Assembly: GCA_964016885.1 (NCBI GenBank)
Contig: OZ024743.1
Span: 193,998,001 to 194,062,000 of the forward strand
DNA from: Eledone cirrhosa
Lineage: Eukaryota
Direction of reading: 5' to 3'
DNA: 64,000 nt
Positions within the stretch are counted from its first letter, which is position 1. Each line of letters opens with the position of its first letter. Below are positions 45,345 through 59,506 of this stretch, one piece after another. The notes below the pieces were generated by a model. That model was given only the letters and a program-made list of their open reading frames with translations. It was not told where the DNA came from and did no database searches. A program made the translations under genes and the position numbers.

Positions 45345-45496
45345 GATACTATCAACCGGTCGCAACTCCTGGCAGAAAAAGCAACGGGAAAGAAAGCGTC
45401 TTGCTCAAGGAAACAACGCATCGCCTGGCCCAGAATCGACCTCACATCCACACGATTATAAAGCTAACTCCCTATACACTAAGCCACGTGCCTTCA
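45345..45496 (-). mobile_element. SINE (second family), diverged
   Basis: gtcttgctcaaggaaacaacgcatcgcctgg..cactaagccacgtgccttca. Confidence 0.7.
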
Positions 45497-46919
45497 AAGG
45501 CACGTTATAGATTTAATTCCTAGATATTTCAACTTGTGATTCGTATCTGTATTAGCAGTCAAGCAAGATTAAATTTGATAGTGTTTGACTGAAAATTAGA
45601 AGCAGATTTTATTATGTGAGAATTCATTAAAAACTTGAAAGGTTGATCAGTGAAATATCAAATATGATGAGACAACGTTTATTATGTATATTTGGAAGTC
45701 AGAAACAATTATGTATATGAGGGAACGTTAAAAACTTATATGTTTCAAAACAAATTCACTTGCAATGATTTTCCAAAAGAAGAAGGTGAATAAGAAAACC
45801 GAGGAAGCTCAACAAATGTGTAAATTATTAAAATATCTCATTAAAATCTAATTTTTGCTTTAATGTTGTTTTATTTTTCAACAGTACTTTTATAACTTTA
45901 TGATATTTACTTTTTATTTATGTTGTAGATTAAATGTATCAACATATTTTCATGAAAGTTATCTTTGTAAGAGCAATTTTATATAAATATATATATAATA
46001 TGTAAATGACATCAGAGAAAATTTGTGAAAAGAACGAGAAGAAAAATTGAATATATGTATTAAGAGAAATTTTAACATTTTAAAAAATATATTGTAAGTA
46101 TTTTCTTTACGATAATAACAAATAATTTAAGGAAGGCAATGAAAATAATATTATTTTTGAAGCTATGCAGATATTAATGTGTCATATTTGCAATTGCAAT
46201 GCTTGTTTTGCTAACAGAAATCTGCAAGCAGTTACAGTAAACAGGGGAGGGGTCGTATGATTTTTTTTTCATAACAGCAGAATCGGTAAAGGAAGTATGA
46301 AATGTTAGCTCTTTAGAAGTATTATTATATCTAATAAGCATATTCTCTTACGACATATAGTGTAAATCGAAATACCTGGAATTAGAACTATGTAACTATT
46401 TTCGAAATATTGACTTTAATGAGAAAAAGAATAAGTGGGCAGAAGCATTAATCTGCAATGTTTTTAACATATTTGAAAAACATCTGGTTTATTGTAGAAA
46501 ACATATATGGTTGATAGTGGCTACATTAATTGATAATTTCAAATTGAAATATCGTAGGAGATAGTTTTTGTTTGTATTTCTAAACCAAACGAAAAAAATG
46601 CAGAAGATATATTCATTGGGGAGTTGATACTTGATTTATTCTATTTTGAAGTAATTAAAACGGTAAAATTATTACTGTACACTACTTCATCAGCAGTATG
46701 TAACTGCAGTAGCAGAGGTATACGACGGCAATAACAAGAAATTCTATGAAGAATAAGAAGCATAAGAAGTGAGAAGAGGAGGAGGGGGAAACATAATGCA
46801 AAGATGTTATAATTCAATTTTACAAATTTATGGAGAAATGTGTTAATGAAATCAATAATTATTATGAAACTAGATATTACATGTAGAACGAAGCGAATTT
46901 GTAACATATGATTTTAAAA

Positions 46920-47230
46920 TATAGAAACACCAGGTAGAGCCGCTACTTCTCCGAATTGAGAGACACAGCTCCGATACTATGGCCATGGGGTTATAATGTC
47001 TCAGGAAAGAATCACTAGATAGATTTTACGACCAAAACAAAACGGCAGAAGATCCAGGGGTAGCCCATGAGCAAGATGGTTGGATAACATTCATGAGCTC
47101 GGCTGGTCTCGCTTGGGGATTCAGCAGGATCAGTTGGAGACGCTTGCTTCTGACAGGACCCACTGGAAGGAGTGTTTGAGGACTCTGCCACCACGGCCCT
47201 CTCAGGAATGAGTGGCAGAAGAAGAGAAGA
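46920..47230 (+). mobile_element. 3' end fragment of an RTE-type LINE
   Basis: Encodes LRYYGH and DRTHWK, resembling the RTE C-terminal LRWxGH / DRxxW motifs; AAG-rich tail. Confidence 0.55.
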
Positions 47231-48429
47231 AACTATGAAGCATAGTTTGATGATAATTAATCGGTCACTAATCACTCCTGCTGAAAGTCGGAAAAAGAAT
47301 AAACTATTAACCAAATTCCACCTAAAATCAAACAATTAGCTGTAGTCCTGGCTAACTTAATCAACCACTTCTGTGTGCGTGTGTTGGACCTTCGTCGGTT
47401 CCGACGACGATTACTCCAGTTGTTAGAACAGCAGAACAGCTTGCTCGCGAACTTAACATGCAAGTGGCTGAGAACTCCAGGTTCAGCGTGACACAGTGTA
47501 TGTGATAAGGTTGATCCATTGAATTACAGGTATAACTCATTTTCGCCAGCTGAGTGAACTAGAGTAACGTGCATGAAATAAGAATCATTTTCACCACCGG
47601 GAATCGAACTCATGATCTTACGAGTGTAAGCCTTCATACACTACAAATTCTACATTTGTGGACAGATCATTTGCACTATAACAACATCTAATAGATTTGA
47701 GCTTGCACGCATGCCCTCACAAACAGATATAAATACACATTTCTAACAAGAACCCTGAAATATTAGCTTTAAAGCCAGAAATATATCTCCATTTACATAA
47801 GAGAAGTTTATGAAGACCTAATTTATTTACTACCATTATACCCCGCACCCCACCCCACTTTGAAAAGTATCATCAGTTATCAACGTTAGGTAAAGGCATG
47901 TACAATATATAAAATGTTCACTTCAAATTAAGAGAAAAACATCAGTGAATATTTCTCTATCGTATTTCATGTTTGACTTAACAGAATATTTCTGGGTTTA
48001 TATGTGGTTAACAGTTGAACCAAAAGGAAGATAAGAATAATTGAGGAAATAGCCTGAGAATTTCACATAACGTAGTATTTGAGAGGAGGTGCGATTTTTG
48101 CATGGATTATGTTGTGGAATTTCTAGACATATAAGACATATATCTTTTTCTTTCTTTCTTTATTTCTTTAGAAGGATTAAATTATTACGATTCTGGTCAT
48201 GCCAGCCAATCATAGTGGCTGTTACCCTAGTAGTATATTTAAAGGTATTTACAAGGAATGTCTGGAGTTAGTTGGCTATTTGCAGTTTCCTTACGTTCTA
48301 TGAAGTTCAAATTATTTAACATTATATATTTTTAGATATGAACTGAAATAAAACTCCATAAATTATCTGGAAAGATTATCCCGAATTTTGCAAATTTGCT
48401 TTAATTATAAATCTGTATAGAGCAGAAAA

Positions 48430-48590
48430 AGCGGCCAATTAGCAAAGTCATTAGAACGTCGGATAGACTATTTGTGACTTTCCTTCCGGCTCTCTGTTGT
48501 CTGAGTTCAAAACCCGCCGATGTCAACTTTGTCTTTCATCATTTCGAGGTAGATAAAACAATACCAGTTGAATAATGGTGTCGATTCTTT
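48430..48590 (+). mobile_element. tRNA-derived SINE, diverged
   Basis: ctgagttcaaaacccgccgatgtcaactttgtctttcatc. Confidence 0.65.
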
Positions 48591-48997
48591 CTTATATCTC
48601 TTTCTCACTTCCACTCCCCCTCTTCTCTGGAAGAAATCGACCTAGAGTCGGATGTGCGGGATGTGCTCCGCCATCTTTAATAAGCCCTAGACATGTTGTA
48701 AGTTACTACGGCACCGCTACGATTCCATCCGGATTTACTAGTACATACATATATACATAGAACAGTATCCCATAGTTGATGTTGTTTAAACTCAGAATTT
48801 TTTCAACAGAGAAGATTATAACCATCCTGGCATAACGAACCTAAGACTGCATTGTCTATCATGTCTTTCCTCATCAATGATGCTGTGGTGTGGTTTGAGT
48901 TTGATTGGACAGATACTTTATCAGATCGATTAATTGGATAGACAACATCTCTTTCGTGCAATCCAGTGTTACATTTATAGGTATTTAAAGAATAATT

Positions 48998-49173
48998 GTT
49001 TCTACATTTGGCACAAGGCCAGCAATTTACCAGTGCATTACTGGTACTTTATTTTATCGACCCCGCAACGAAGAAAGGCAAAGTTAACCTCAGCGGGATT
49101 TGAACTCAGAATGATAAGGACCAAAACTCTATACGTCAAAGCATGGCGTCTGACCCTCTACCGATACTGCCAA
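48998..49173 (-). mobile_element. tRNA-derived SINE
   Basis: Similar to 10642-10826. Confidence 0.8.
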
Positions 49174-49593
49174 AATAATAATATGCATGTATCCATGCCG
49201 TTTCCACCTACCCAATTTCATTCACAAAGCAAGGGTTGACCCGAGTCTTAAAGACGCTTACCCATGATGCCACATTGTTGGGTCGATCTCGTGTCCTAAC
49301 GATCTATACTAATTGAAAGTGAATATTATAATCAACTACTGCTCTTACCAGCTTACACCTCAAATATATGAACGTCTAGTAGTTTATTAACATATATCCT
49401 TTCGTTTACTCTTTTACTGGGGTTAATCATTGAACTGCGGCTATGCTGGAGCACCACCTCAAGGAATTTAGTACATTATTATTGACTCCCAGTAGATGAC
49501 TTTTTTTTTTTTAAGTCTGGTGCATAGTTTATCAAACCGCTAAGTTACGGGACATAAACGCAGTTACAAATATAAACACCCCCACACTTACAT

Positions 49594-49673
<80 letters not shown>

Positions 49674-50440
49674 ATATTTTTACAATGGGTTCTGTACTTT
49701 CCGTTTAAGACATAGTTCACCCTTAGGCTAACGTAGAAGACAGTTGCTCAAGATACAGTGGGAATGAACCCGAACCCACAAGGTTGTGCAAATACTTCAG
49801 TAAATGGTTACCTCATTACTAACCACATCATTTTACCATTCCCAAAACAAAACACAGCTATACCGGCAATTCAACCACTATAGTTACACATACAAACGTA
49901 GAAACCATTTCTGTATCATCTGAAAACCTTCGCATTCGGTAATTTTACTTTGCTATATAAATTTAAAACTGGTGGATACAACAGAAAGTTGTCTGAATAA
50001 ATGTTATTAGAGATATATTAGAGAGTTAACAGGTGCAGGTTGACTTTCTGATTTATGGATATTGAATGTGTTATTTCTTTTGCTACAGTTAGCATTTATC
50101 AAACAATTATAAATGACCGATATTTATCAAAGTAATCGAGGTATCAATACAGTTTGAAAGTAGATTAGCAAACAACAAAGCAACACCGGAAATTTGAACG
50201 TTACAATAATGTGGAAAACAAATTCATAAGCTACCAATTCCAACTTAATGACATTATCTGTAAACGACAGGAACTACTGACAAGAGACATTTAAAGCTCA
50301 GAAATAACTCTTATATAGGAACTAACCATGATAAATGAAAGACGTCATTAGTCGCGAAGGTGTACAAGAGTAAAGAGTAAGTTAAAGCGAAGAATGATAC
50401 GGCAAATGATGAAAGGTACGGCAGTTTTACTTATAATATT

Positions 50441-50625
50441 TGTTTCTATTTTTGGCACAAGGCCAGCAATTACCCAGTGCTTTATTAGTACTTTATTTTA
50501 TAGACCCACGTAAGGATGAAATGCAAAGTTAACCTCGACGGGATTTGAACTCAGAATGGCTAGGGTGGGAACTCTATGCGTCAAAGCATGGCGTCCGACC
50601 CTCTACCGATACTGCCAATCCACCA
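50441..50625 (-). mobile_element. tRNA-derived SINE
   Basis: Similar to 10642-10826. Confidence 0.8.
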
Positions 50626-51304
50626 ATAATATAAGGTTACTCTGCCGCCGGGGCCGCGAGGCGGCAAACACATGGACCCCTATTTGCTTATAATAGTGAG
50701 AGATGTGGAGAGTGACAGAGACAGAGGCAATGACAAAGGGGGTTTGATTCTATTATTTTAAGACCCTGTTACGAATTTTGTGAGTAAGTATGAGGGTATT
50801 TTCACCACCCCTTCCAAACCAACAACAACAATAACAAAGTGTTGCATTGTATGCCTGGATGGGCGGCAGTGTACGTGGTAGACCTACATCTCACCTCGTT
50901 CAACACCACCACTTGGCCATTGACAGCTGGTAACTCAGCTGTCGGCATTCGGGCCAGGTCTTCACTCTTAGAATAATTTCCTGCTCTAGTAGCTAGTGTG
51001 TTGAGCTCGCGAACATAAGGCCACTGGTTCTATTACTTGACCGGACTGCGTGTTGTGTCCTTGAGCATAACACTTCATTTTATGCTGCTTCATTTTATTC
51101 AACTGAAAAATGTATAGTACCAGCAGTACTGCCTAGGTACAGATACTAAAGAAAATTATTCGCTTCAGTCTCAGAGGCTCTGGGGAAAAGATCATCGGCG
51201 CTGATCTTCCGTACACATAATATTGATAACGCTTATACTAATTGTGACAATCTCCGAATAGGAGGTAAAATATTACACATTTTAACTTGACAGAGATCTA
51301 ATAA

Positions 51305-51520
51305 TTCTTTCTAATATTAGTACAAGCCCAGAAATTTGAGGGAAAGAGGAAGTCAAGTAAATCGACCTCGTACTTTACTGGTACCTTTCTTTTATCGACA
51401 CCGGAAGGATGCAAGGTAAAACATACCTTGGCAAAATTTGAACTCACAAAATAAAGGGCCGTCAGTAAATGTTAAAAAAGATATTCGTTCGGCGCTCTAA
51501 AAATTCTGCCAATCCATCGC
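51305..51520 (-). mobile_element. tRNA-derived SINE, diverged
   Basis: ttttatcgacaccggaaggatgcaagg..tttgaactca..ttctgccaatcca. Confidence 0.7.
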
Positions 51521-51667
51521 TCTTTCCGTATATATAGTATTAATAAAGCTGATACTAACACTCTAACGGAGACAGGGAGGGAGAGAGAGAGAGAGTGGGA
51601 GAGAGAGTGAGAGAGCGAGAGAGAGCGAGAGAGAGAGCGAGAGAGAGAGCGAGAGGGAGAGAGAGAG

Positions 51668-51699
<32 letters not shown>

Positions 51700-51703
<4 letters not shown>

Positions 51704-53822
51704 TGTCTTCTATCCGGCTAGCCTTTCCGACGGTGTACTGGGGTATGATGAATTGTTCTAGAATTTATGTAGGATGTGTAGAATTAGGTCACTTCCTGGG
51801 TTGGACAGCCACTTGTGGTAGCTTATGGTCAGATTTGTCATTGTGATAAGATGGCAAGGGAATCTTGCACTGGGCTAAGAAGAAGGATGTGTAGGGTGGG
51901 GGTTAGAAATAAGTAAGGGATAGAAATGGAGAAGAAGTGGTAGATGGGAGCATGAAACTAAAAGATGGAAGAGGTAGGGTGTAAGGCCATCTACACATAC
52001 GCACACATACAAATTACAAGAAAACAGATATATTTTAAAAAATTGAAACAAAAATTATTATAAATAAATAAATGAATAGATAAATTTCTATCTTGTATAG
52101 ACACACTAGCCAATCTCTATCCATCACTCTTCCTCTTCCTTCCCATCCTCCCCCTTAGTTCAAATACCGGGGCTTGTCCAGCCGCTTCCTCTTCGCACCG
52201 GTCGCCGTTCAGACCTCAGGCGTCCTCAGACCCCGTACTGTCGAGATCCTCCACAAAATCGTAACGTTAACAGCCCGTCTGAAGAAGGAGCTCACGAGGT
52301 GGGGTGGCTGTTCCAGCGGGTGACGCTGGCCATTGCCCGCGGAAATGCCTTGTCAGCTTTGTCCGTAGGGCGCAGCCAAAACACCACACCACCCTAGGAC
52401 CAGAGCGCATCATCCTCTCCCTTTTCCCTCCCTTTCTTCTGTGGCGCCAAAGTCCTTGCTTTTACTCTCCATCCTCTTTCATTTATGGCATTTACAGTCC
52501 TTTCCTCTCCTTTTCCATACAGCCAGATCTACCCTTCTCTACCCTTCACGCTTTTTCAAATTACTTAATTTTGTTTTCATCTTTCTTTTTCAGATTCCCT
52601 TGCCAGCTTATCACAATGACAAATCTGACCATAAGCTACTACAAATGGCTGTCCAACCCAGCAAGTGACCTAATTCTACACACCATCGTCTCTGCTGACA
52701 CCTTCGTTTATTTACTAAACATTCAGGACAGTGAGTAGACAAAACTTTTAAAGCGTCGGACTAGATGTTATATGTACATAAATATGTTTATACATACATA
52801 TGTATAAAACGCCAGCATCAACAATTCTATGTCAACATGAATGGACCTGTCATTTTTATCAAAAGACATTTTTTTCAAATTACACCCCGCCCGTCCCTTC
52901 AATCTATCTTATTTTTCATTCTTTCTTCCGATGAAGGACTAGCGTCCGAAACCTTAAGACCGTCTTCATGCTATTTCAAGCGTTAACCTAATATATTCCT
53001 TCCATAAACTGTAGTGATTGTGTTGTTATTTCAGTTTACCTTTTCGTCCGTCATTTCTGTTCTCCTAATCATTCTTCCCTACACGTTTCCGTCCTGGGTG
53101 TCCTTTTACATTATGGATCACAGGCCTCGCGCACCAGGACTGAACAAAGTCTGATTCACGGTCTTGGGTCCCATTCCCCTCTTGGACTCAACTCACCTCC
53201 CCAATTTCTCTAATACCCCGTTCATTATCAGACCCCTAGATTCCTATCGGTTTCTCTTGATCATTAACATCTTCTCTTACAACTAATACAGGCCGATTAT
53301 ATATGCTCACTCCACTTTTCTGTATACACACTGCTCTGTATACACACATACACACCTTTATATTCACATACTTTTGCTCATAGCTTCGTACTTACATGAA
53401 CACATACTCTTTTACTCACATATACACACACATTTCTTAGCTTCGCACGGACGTATAATGACACACACACATGCTTACGCACGTGCACAAGTATAGCTCT
53501 TTTTACAAAACGGTTTTTTTCCATTTCAGGTAGACGCGCTCCATCATCCATTTTTCTAAAAAATAAATCATACACAAAACTCCAGCACCAACAGTTTTGC
53601 AAGAGATGTCAACATGAAGGGACCTGTTGTTTTTATCTAAAGACATTTTTTCCACTTCCAACCCGCCCGTCCCCTCAATCCATCTTATTTCTCATTATTT
53701 CTTCTGATGTTAGACTAGCGTCCGAAATGTTAAGACCCTGTTCCTGCTATTTGAAGCGTTAACCTAAATATATTCCTTCGGTATACTGTACCGATTGTGT
53801 CGTTATTTCTGTTTACCTTTTA
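51700..53822. mobile_element. Old PLE-derived element: inverted segment plus two direct pLTR-like repeats (period 777) with decayed HHRs
   Basis: 51770-51865 is the reverse complement of 52593-52685; CCGATGAaggac tagc gtcc GAAA at about 52928 and CTGATGTtagactagcgtcc GAAA at about 53704. Confidence 0.55.
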
Positions 53823-53921
53823 CACACACACACATATATATATAGTAATAATAATAAATTTGAAGACTAAAATCCAGAGAGGGCTCGATAAGGATAAATA
53901 TATATCAGATATATAAGAACC

Positions 53922-54040
<119 letters not shown>

Positions 54041-55237
54041 GAGACGTATTTTAGTACTTTCGGTCTAATAAATTATACTGAAAAGGTATTGGTCAACTCG
54101 AGGCTATAGAAGAAGATACTTGCCCAGGCTGCAACGCAGCGGGACTGAACCACCCTCCCACACACTCTCTCTCACACATACACACTCACGCACAAACACA
54201 CAAACACACACATGGACACACATAGACACACAGACATACACACAGACAAACACACACATACACAGACACACATATGCCTAGATACGAAATGCAATTACCT
54301 ATGCCCGCGTTTGCGTGGTTTATTACCAGAAGTTTGGTTTCAAAAGCAGCCTATTTGCTTAAATGCTTTTCTATTTCTAATAAACACCCTCAACTTATAT
54401 GGCTATATATCTTCATCATAGATTGCAATGTAAATTGCGATTATAGTCTGATTGCCAGACATTAATGTCCTGTAGTAACATGAAGAAAGAAGAACAAGAA
54501 AGCATCTTTATAACATTTTTCTCTATCACTAAAATCTCAATTTATTTGTTAAACTATGGCTTTATTCAATAGGACTTTCTTTGAATACAACCAGTCACTG
54601 TTCCAAATGAGACTGCATTGTATTTATCTTTAATGCGTTTAAGTTGCTCATACCAATAATATTCAGAAGTCATTACAATTCCTAATTACCGTTACCAATT
54701 TCTCAATTGACTTAATATTAATGTCCTCAAATGAGATTTTTATTCGAATGATTTTCTCTGTAGAAATGATTTTCGCTGTAGTTTGTCTCATTCTTTTGTT
54801 TTACTAAAATTGCCTTCACATATTTCACAAACTTCGTCTTACTTCAGGGGGCTACAAAGAGCTGTCATTGCATTACTATATTTTTGCCTTTCTTTAATTA
54901 AGCTTCATTTACATTCAGCCTGATTATTCCACACCGGATATCCTTACATAATTTAATATTAATGACACACCTTCACGAAAAAAAAAAAAAAAATGGTCAA
55001 CGGATTGGCAGAATGATTTTTAAATTAGGCGCCTGACAAAATGCCACATTTTATTTGTTACAACCCTTTACGTTCTGAGTTCAAATCCCGGGGTTGATAA
55101 AATAACGTATTGGAGTCAATTTAATCGACTTTCCCCCTCCCCTTAGAATTTATTGGTATTATGTTTAAATTAGAAATCAATATTTATGTCCTCATAAGTG
55201 ATATATATATTCCAATGATTTTTTCCTGGAGTCATAC

Positions 55238-55452
55238 AGCGATGGTTGGCAGAATCAGTAGAGCGTCGGACAGCATGCTTTATGGCATAGGGTTAAACCC
55301 CTTTACTATCTGAGTTCAAATCCTGCCGAGCTTAGCTTTACCTTCCATCCTTACGGGGTCAATGAAATGAAGTACCAGTAATGCAATGGGGTCGAATTAA
55401 TCGACTTTCCCCTTCCCCAAAATTGTTGGCCTTGTGCCTAAATCAGAAACCA
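55238..55452 (+). mobile_element. tRNA-derived SINE (an internally deleted copy also at about 54995-55180)
   Basis: ttggcagaatcag A box, gagttcaaatcc B box, ccatccttacggggtc. Confidence 0.85.
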
Positions 55453-55799
55453 TTATTTTGTTTTACTAAAATCATTTTCACATATTTCCCCAAATCGGTC
55501 TTTTTTCTTGGGAGATGTGTATGTGTGTGTGTATGTGTGTGTGTATGTTGGGGCTATAAAGAGCTGTCATCACATTACTGTTTTTACTTTTCTTTAATTA
55601 GCCCTCATTCACACTTTGCCTCATCATCCCCATCAAGTATTCTTACCCACCATGAACAGAGACCTCCGAACATTTAACTAGAAATCAAACAATTTATTAT
55701 CCTGAGAATGAATGTGTGTTGTGTGTTAAATAAATATATACATATACATCAGATCCGGACACAAAGGAACCAAACTCCATTGTCTTTTAATATATATAT

Positions 55800-56018
55800 A
55801 GGAAGACGATCGACTTTCGTCAAATCGGACCGAGGGAACAATGTTTCCGTTGGTCTTTCCAATTGCTAATACTATCTATCGGTCGCAACTCCAGGTAGAA
55901 GGAGCAACGTGAAATAAAGTGTCTTGCCCAAGTACATAACGCATCGCCTGGTCCAGGAATCGAACTCACAACCTTACGATTGCGAATCCAATTCTCTAAC
56001 CACTCAGCCACACGCCTT

Positions 56019-56020
<2 letters not shown>
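55800..56020 (-). mobile_element. Second-family SINE
   Basis: Near-identical to 34562-34783. Confidence 0.85.
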
Positions 56021-56063
<43 letters not shown>

Positions 56064-56257
56064 TATGTATACGTACATACATATATCTATACAGACGTAC
56101 AGTAGTATGTATATATATATACATACATGCACATATATATATACATGTACGTATGGATTCACCGAACATTTATTATAATGCTCGGTGTGTTTGTAAACAA
56201 ACATCCCGAGAAATGAAATTTCGTTTCATTTTTTCCGTTTATATATATATATATATA

Positions 56258-58996
56258 TTGGAATAAATGCTCTGAAATAGCGATATATATGTGAATATAG
56301 ACATAGAATATTCGAAAATATTCTGTATGTTTATAATAAACATTTTGAAGACCTAATCGCTATAGAATAGAATACGTCACGTATTACAATTAGATTCTCG
56401 ATAAAAGCAAGGGAAGTAATCTACGCGTTTCATTCTTTTTAGAAATCATCAGGACTACATATCCAGTGCTTTTATCGAGAATGACACAGCTAGAGACTTA
56501 TAGAATACTTAGCTGTGTACAGGAACTGGTTTGAAAGAGCGGTTGCCGGTCCGGCAGAAATTAGAAATTGGAATAAATGCTCTGAAATAGCGATATATAT
56601 GTGAATATAGACATAGAATATTCGAAAATATTCTGTATGTTTATAATAAACATTTTGAAGACCTAATCGCTATAGAATAGAATACGTCACGTATTACAAT
56701 TAGATTCTCGATAAAAGCAAGGGAAGTAATCTACGCGTTTCATTCTTTTTAGAAATCATCAGGACTACATATCCAGTGCTTTTATCGAGAATGACACAGC
56801 TAGAGACTTATAGAATACTTAGCTGTGTACAGGAACTGGTTTGAAAGAGCGGTTGCCGGTCCGGCAGAAATTAGAAATTGGAATAAATGCTCTGAAATAG
56901 CGATATATATGTGAATATAGACATAGAATATTCGAAAATATTCTGTATGTTTATAATAAACATTTTGAAGACCTAATCGCTATAGAATAGAATACGTCAC
57001 GTATTACAATTAGATTCTCGATAAAAGCAAGGGAAGTAATCTACGCGTTTCATTCTTTTTAGAAATCATCAGGACTACATATCCAGTGCTTTTATCGAGA
57101 ATGACACAGCTAGAGACTTATAGAATACTTAGCTGTGTACAGGAACTGGTTTGAAAGAGCGGTTGCCGGTCCGGCAGAAATTAGAAATTGGAATAAATGC
57201 TCTGAAATAGCGATATATATGTGAATATAGACATAGAATATTCGAAAATATTCTGTATGTTTATAATAAACATTTTGAAGACCTAATCGCTATAGAATAG
57301 AATACGTCACGTATTACAATTAGATTCTCGATAAAAGCAAGGGAATCTAATTGTAATACGTGACGTATTCTATTCTATAGCGATTAGGTCTTCAAAATGT
57401 TTATTATAAACATACAGAATATTTTCGAATATTCTATGTCTATATTCACATATATATCGCTATTTCAGAGCATTTATTCCAATTTCTAATTTCTGCCGGA
57501 CCGGCAACCGCTCTTTCAAACCAGTTCCTGTACACAGCTAAGTATTCTATAAGTCTCTAGCTGTGTCATTCTCGATAAAAGCACTGGATATGTAGTCCTG
57601 ATGATTTCTAAAAAGAATGAAACGCGTAGATTACTTCCCTTGCTTTTATCGAGAATCTAATTGTAATACGTGACGTATTCTATTCTATAGCGATTAGGTC
57701 TTCAAAATGTTTATTATAAACATACAGAATATTTTCGAATATTCTATGTCTATATTCACATATATATCGCTATTTCAGAGCATTTATTCCAATTTCTAAT
57801 TTCTGCCGGACCGGCAACCGCTCTTTCAAACCAGTTCCTGTACACAGCTAAGTATTCTATAAGTCTCTAGCTGTGTCATTCTCGATAAAAGCACTGGATA
57901 TGTAGTCCTGATGATTTCTAAAAAGAATGAAACGCGTAGATTACTTCCCTTGCTTTTATCGAGAATCTAATTGTAATACGTGACGTATTCTATTCTATAG
58001 CGATTAGGTCTTCAAAATGTTTATTATAAACATACAGAATATTTTCGAATATTCTATGTCTATATTCACATATATATCGCTATTTCAGAGCATTTATTCC
58101 AATTTCTAATTTCTGCCGGACCGGCAACCGCTCTTTCAAACCAGTTCCTGTACACAGCTAAGTATTCTATAAGTCTCTAGCTGTGTCATTCTCGATAAAA
58201 GCACTGGATATGTAGTCCTGATGATTTCTAAAAAGAATGAAACGCGTAGATTACTTCCCTTGCTTTTATCGAGAATCTAATTGTAATACGTGACGTATTC
58301 TATTCTATAGCGATTAGGTCTTCAAAATGTTTATTATAAACATACAGAATATTTTCGAATATTCTATGTCTATATTCACATATATATCGCTATTTCAGAG
58401 CATTTATTCCAATTTCTAATTTCTGCCGGACCGGCAACCGCTCTTTCAAACCAGTTCCTGTACACAGCTAAGTATTCTATAAGTCTCTAGCTGTGTCATT
58501 CTCGATAAAAGCACTGGATATGTAGTCCTGATGATTTCTAAAAAGAATGAAACGCGTAGATTACTTCCCTTGCTTTTATCGAGAATCTAATTGTAATACG
58601 TGACGTATTCTATTCTATAGCGATTAGGTCTTCAAAATGTTTATTATAAACATACAGAATATTTTCGAATATTCTATGTCTATATTCACATATATATCGC
58701 TATTTCAGAGCATTTATTCCAATTTCTAATTTCTGCCGGACCGGCAACCGCTCTTTCAAACCAGTTCCTGTACACAGCTAAGTATTCTATAAGTCTCTAG
58801 CTGTGTCATTCTCGATAAAAGCACTGGATATGTAGTCCTGATGATTTCTAAAAAGAATGAAACGCGTAGATTACTTCCCTTGCTTTTATCGAGAATCTAA
58901 TTGTAATACGTGACGTATTCTATTCTATAGCGATTAGGTCTTCAAAATGTTTATTATAAACATACAGAATATTTTCGAATATTCTATGTCTATATT

Positions 58997-59001
<5 letters not shown>
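56258..59001. mobile_element. 310-bp retrozyme-like array 2: about 3.5 copies (HHR on -), inversion at about 57335, about 5.3 copies (HHR on +)
   Basis: Period 310; 8 hammerheads (56416, 56726, 57036 on -; 57592, 57902, 58212, 58522, 58832 on +); (TA)n flanks. Confidence 0.92.
57592..57634 (+). ncRNA. Type I hammerhead (representative of array 2)
   Basis: gtagtc CTGATGA tttct aaaa agaat GAAA c gc GTA gattac. Confidence 0.88.
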
Positions 59002-59051
<50 letters not shown>

Positions 59052-59259
59052 CGTTTCTGAATTTGTTTAGCAAGATTCTTTATCTGAAAACGTGTGTTGA
59101 AATCGATATTGTTATACTTTGGGAGGGTGATGTTGCCAATAAGATACACACGCACCATTTACTTTCACTTCAATTTATTATAATAAATTTATAAGTTTAG
59201 GAATTTATAAATTTCCGGTTGGTTGGTTGGTTCCACAACCAGATGGTTGTTTATATATT

Positions 59260-59302
59260 GTCAAAGTTCTTTCGTCACACATTTTGTGACCTCTTCAGTG
59301 AC
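59260..59302 (-). ncRNA. Type I hammerhead in pLTR
   Basis: gtca CTGAAGA ggtcaca aaatg tgtgac GAAA g aa CTT tgac. Confidence 0.8.
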
Positions 59303-59506
59303 TGGGGATTCTTTTCTTTGTTTTTTGTGCCTCTCCTTTGTTCTGTCCTACGCCATCTTGTTTGTGTGTGTGTGTTGTGTGCTTAGTTTGCGCATGTGTT
59401 ACATCCGGGTGTCTGTGTGTGTTTATATTCGTTTATTTATTTGTTTATTTACATGTTACTGGTTGGTTGTTTGTTCTAAGTGCGTGCGTGTTTTTTCATT
59501 TTGTCC

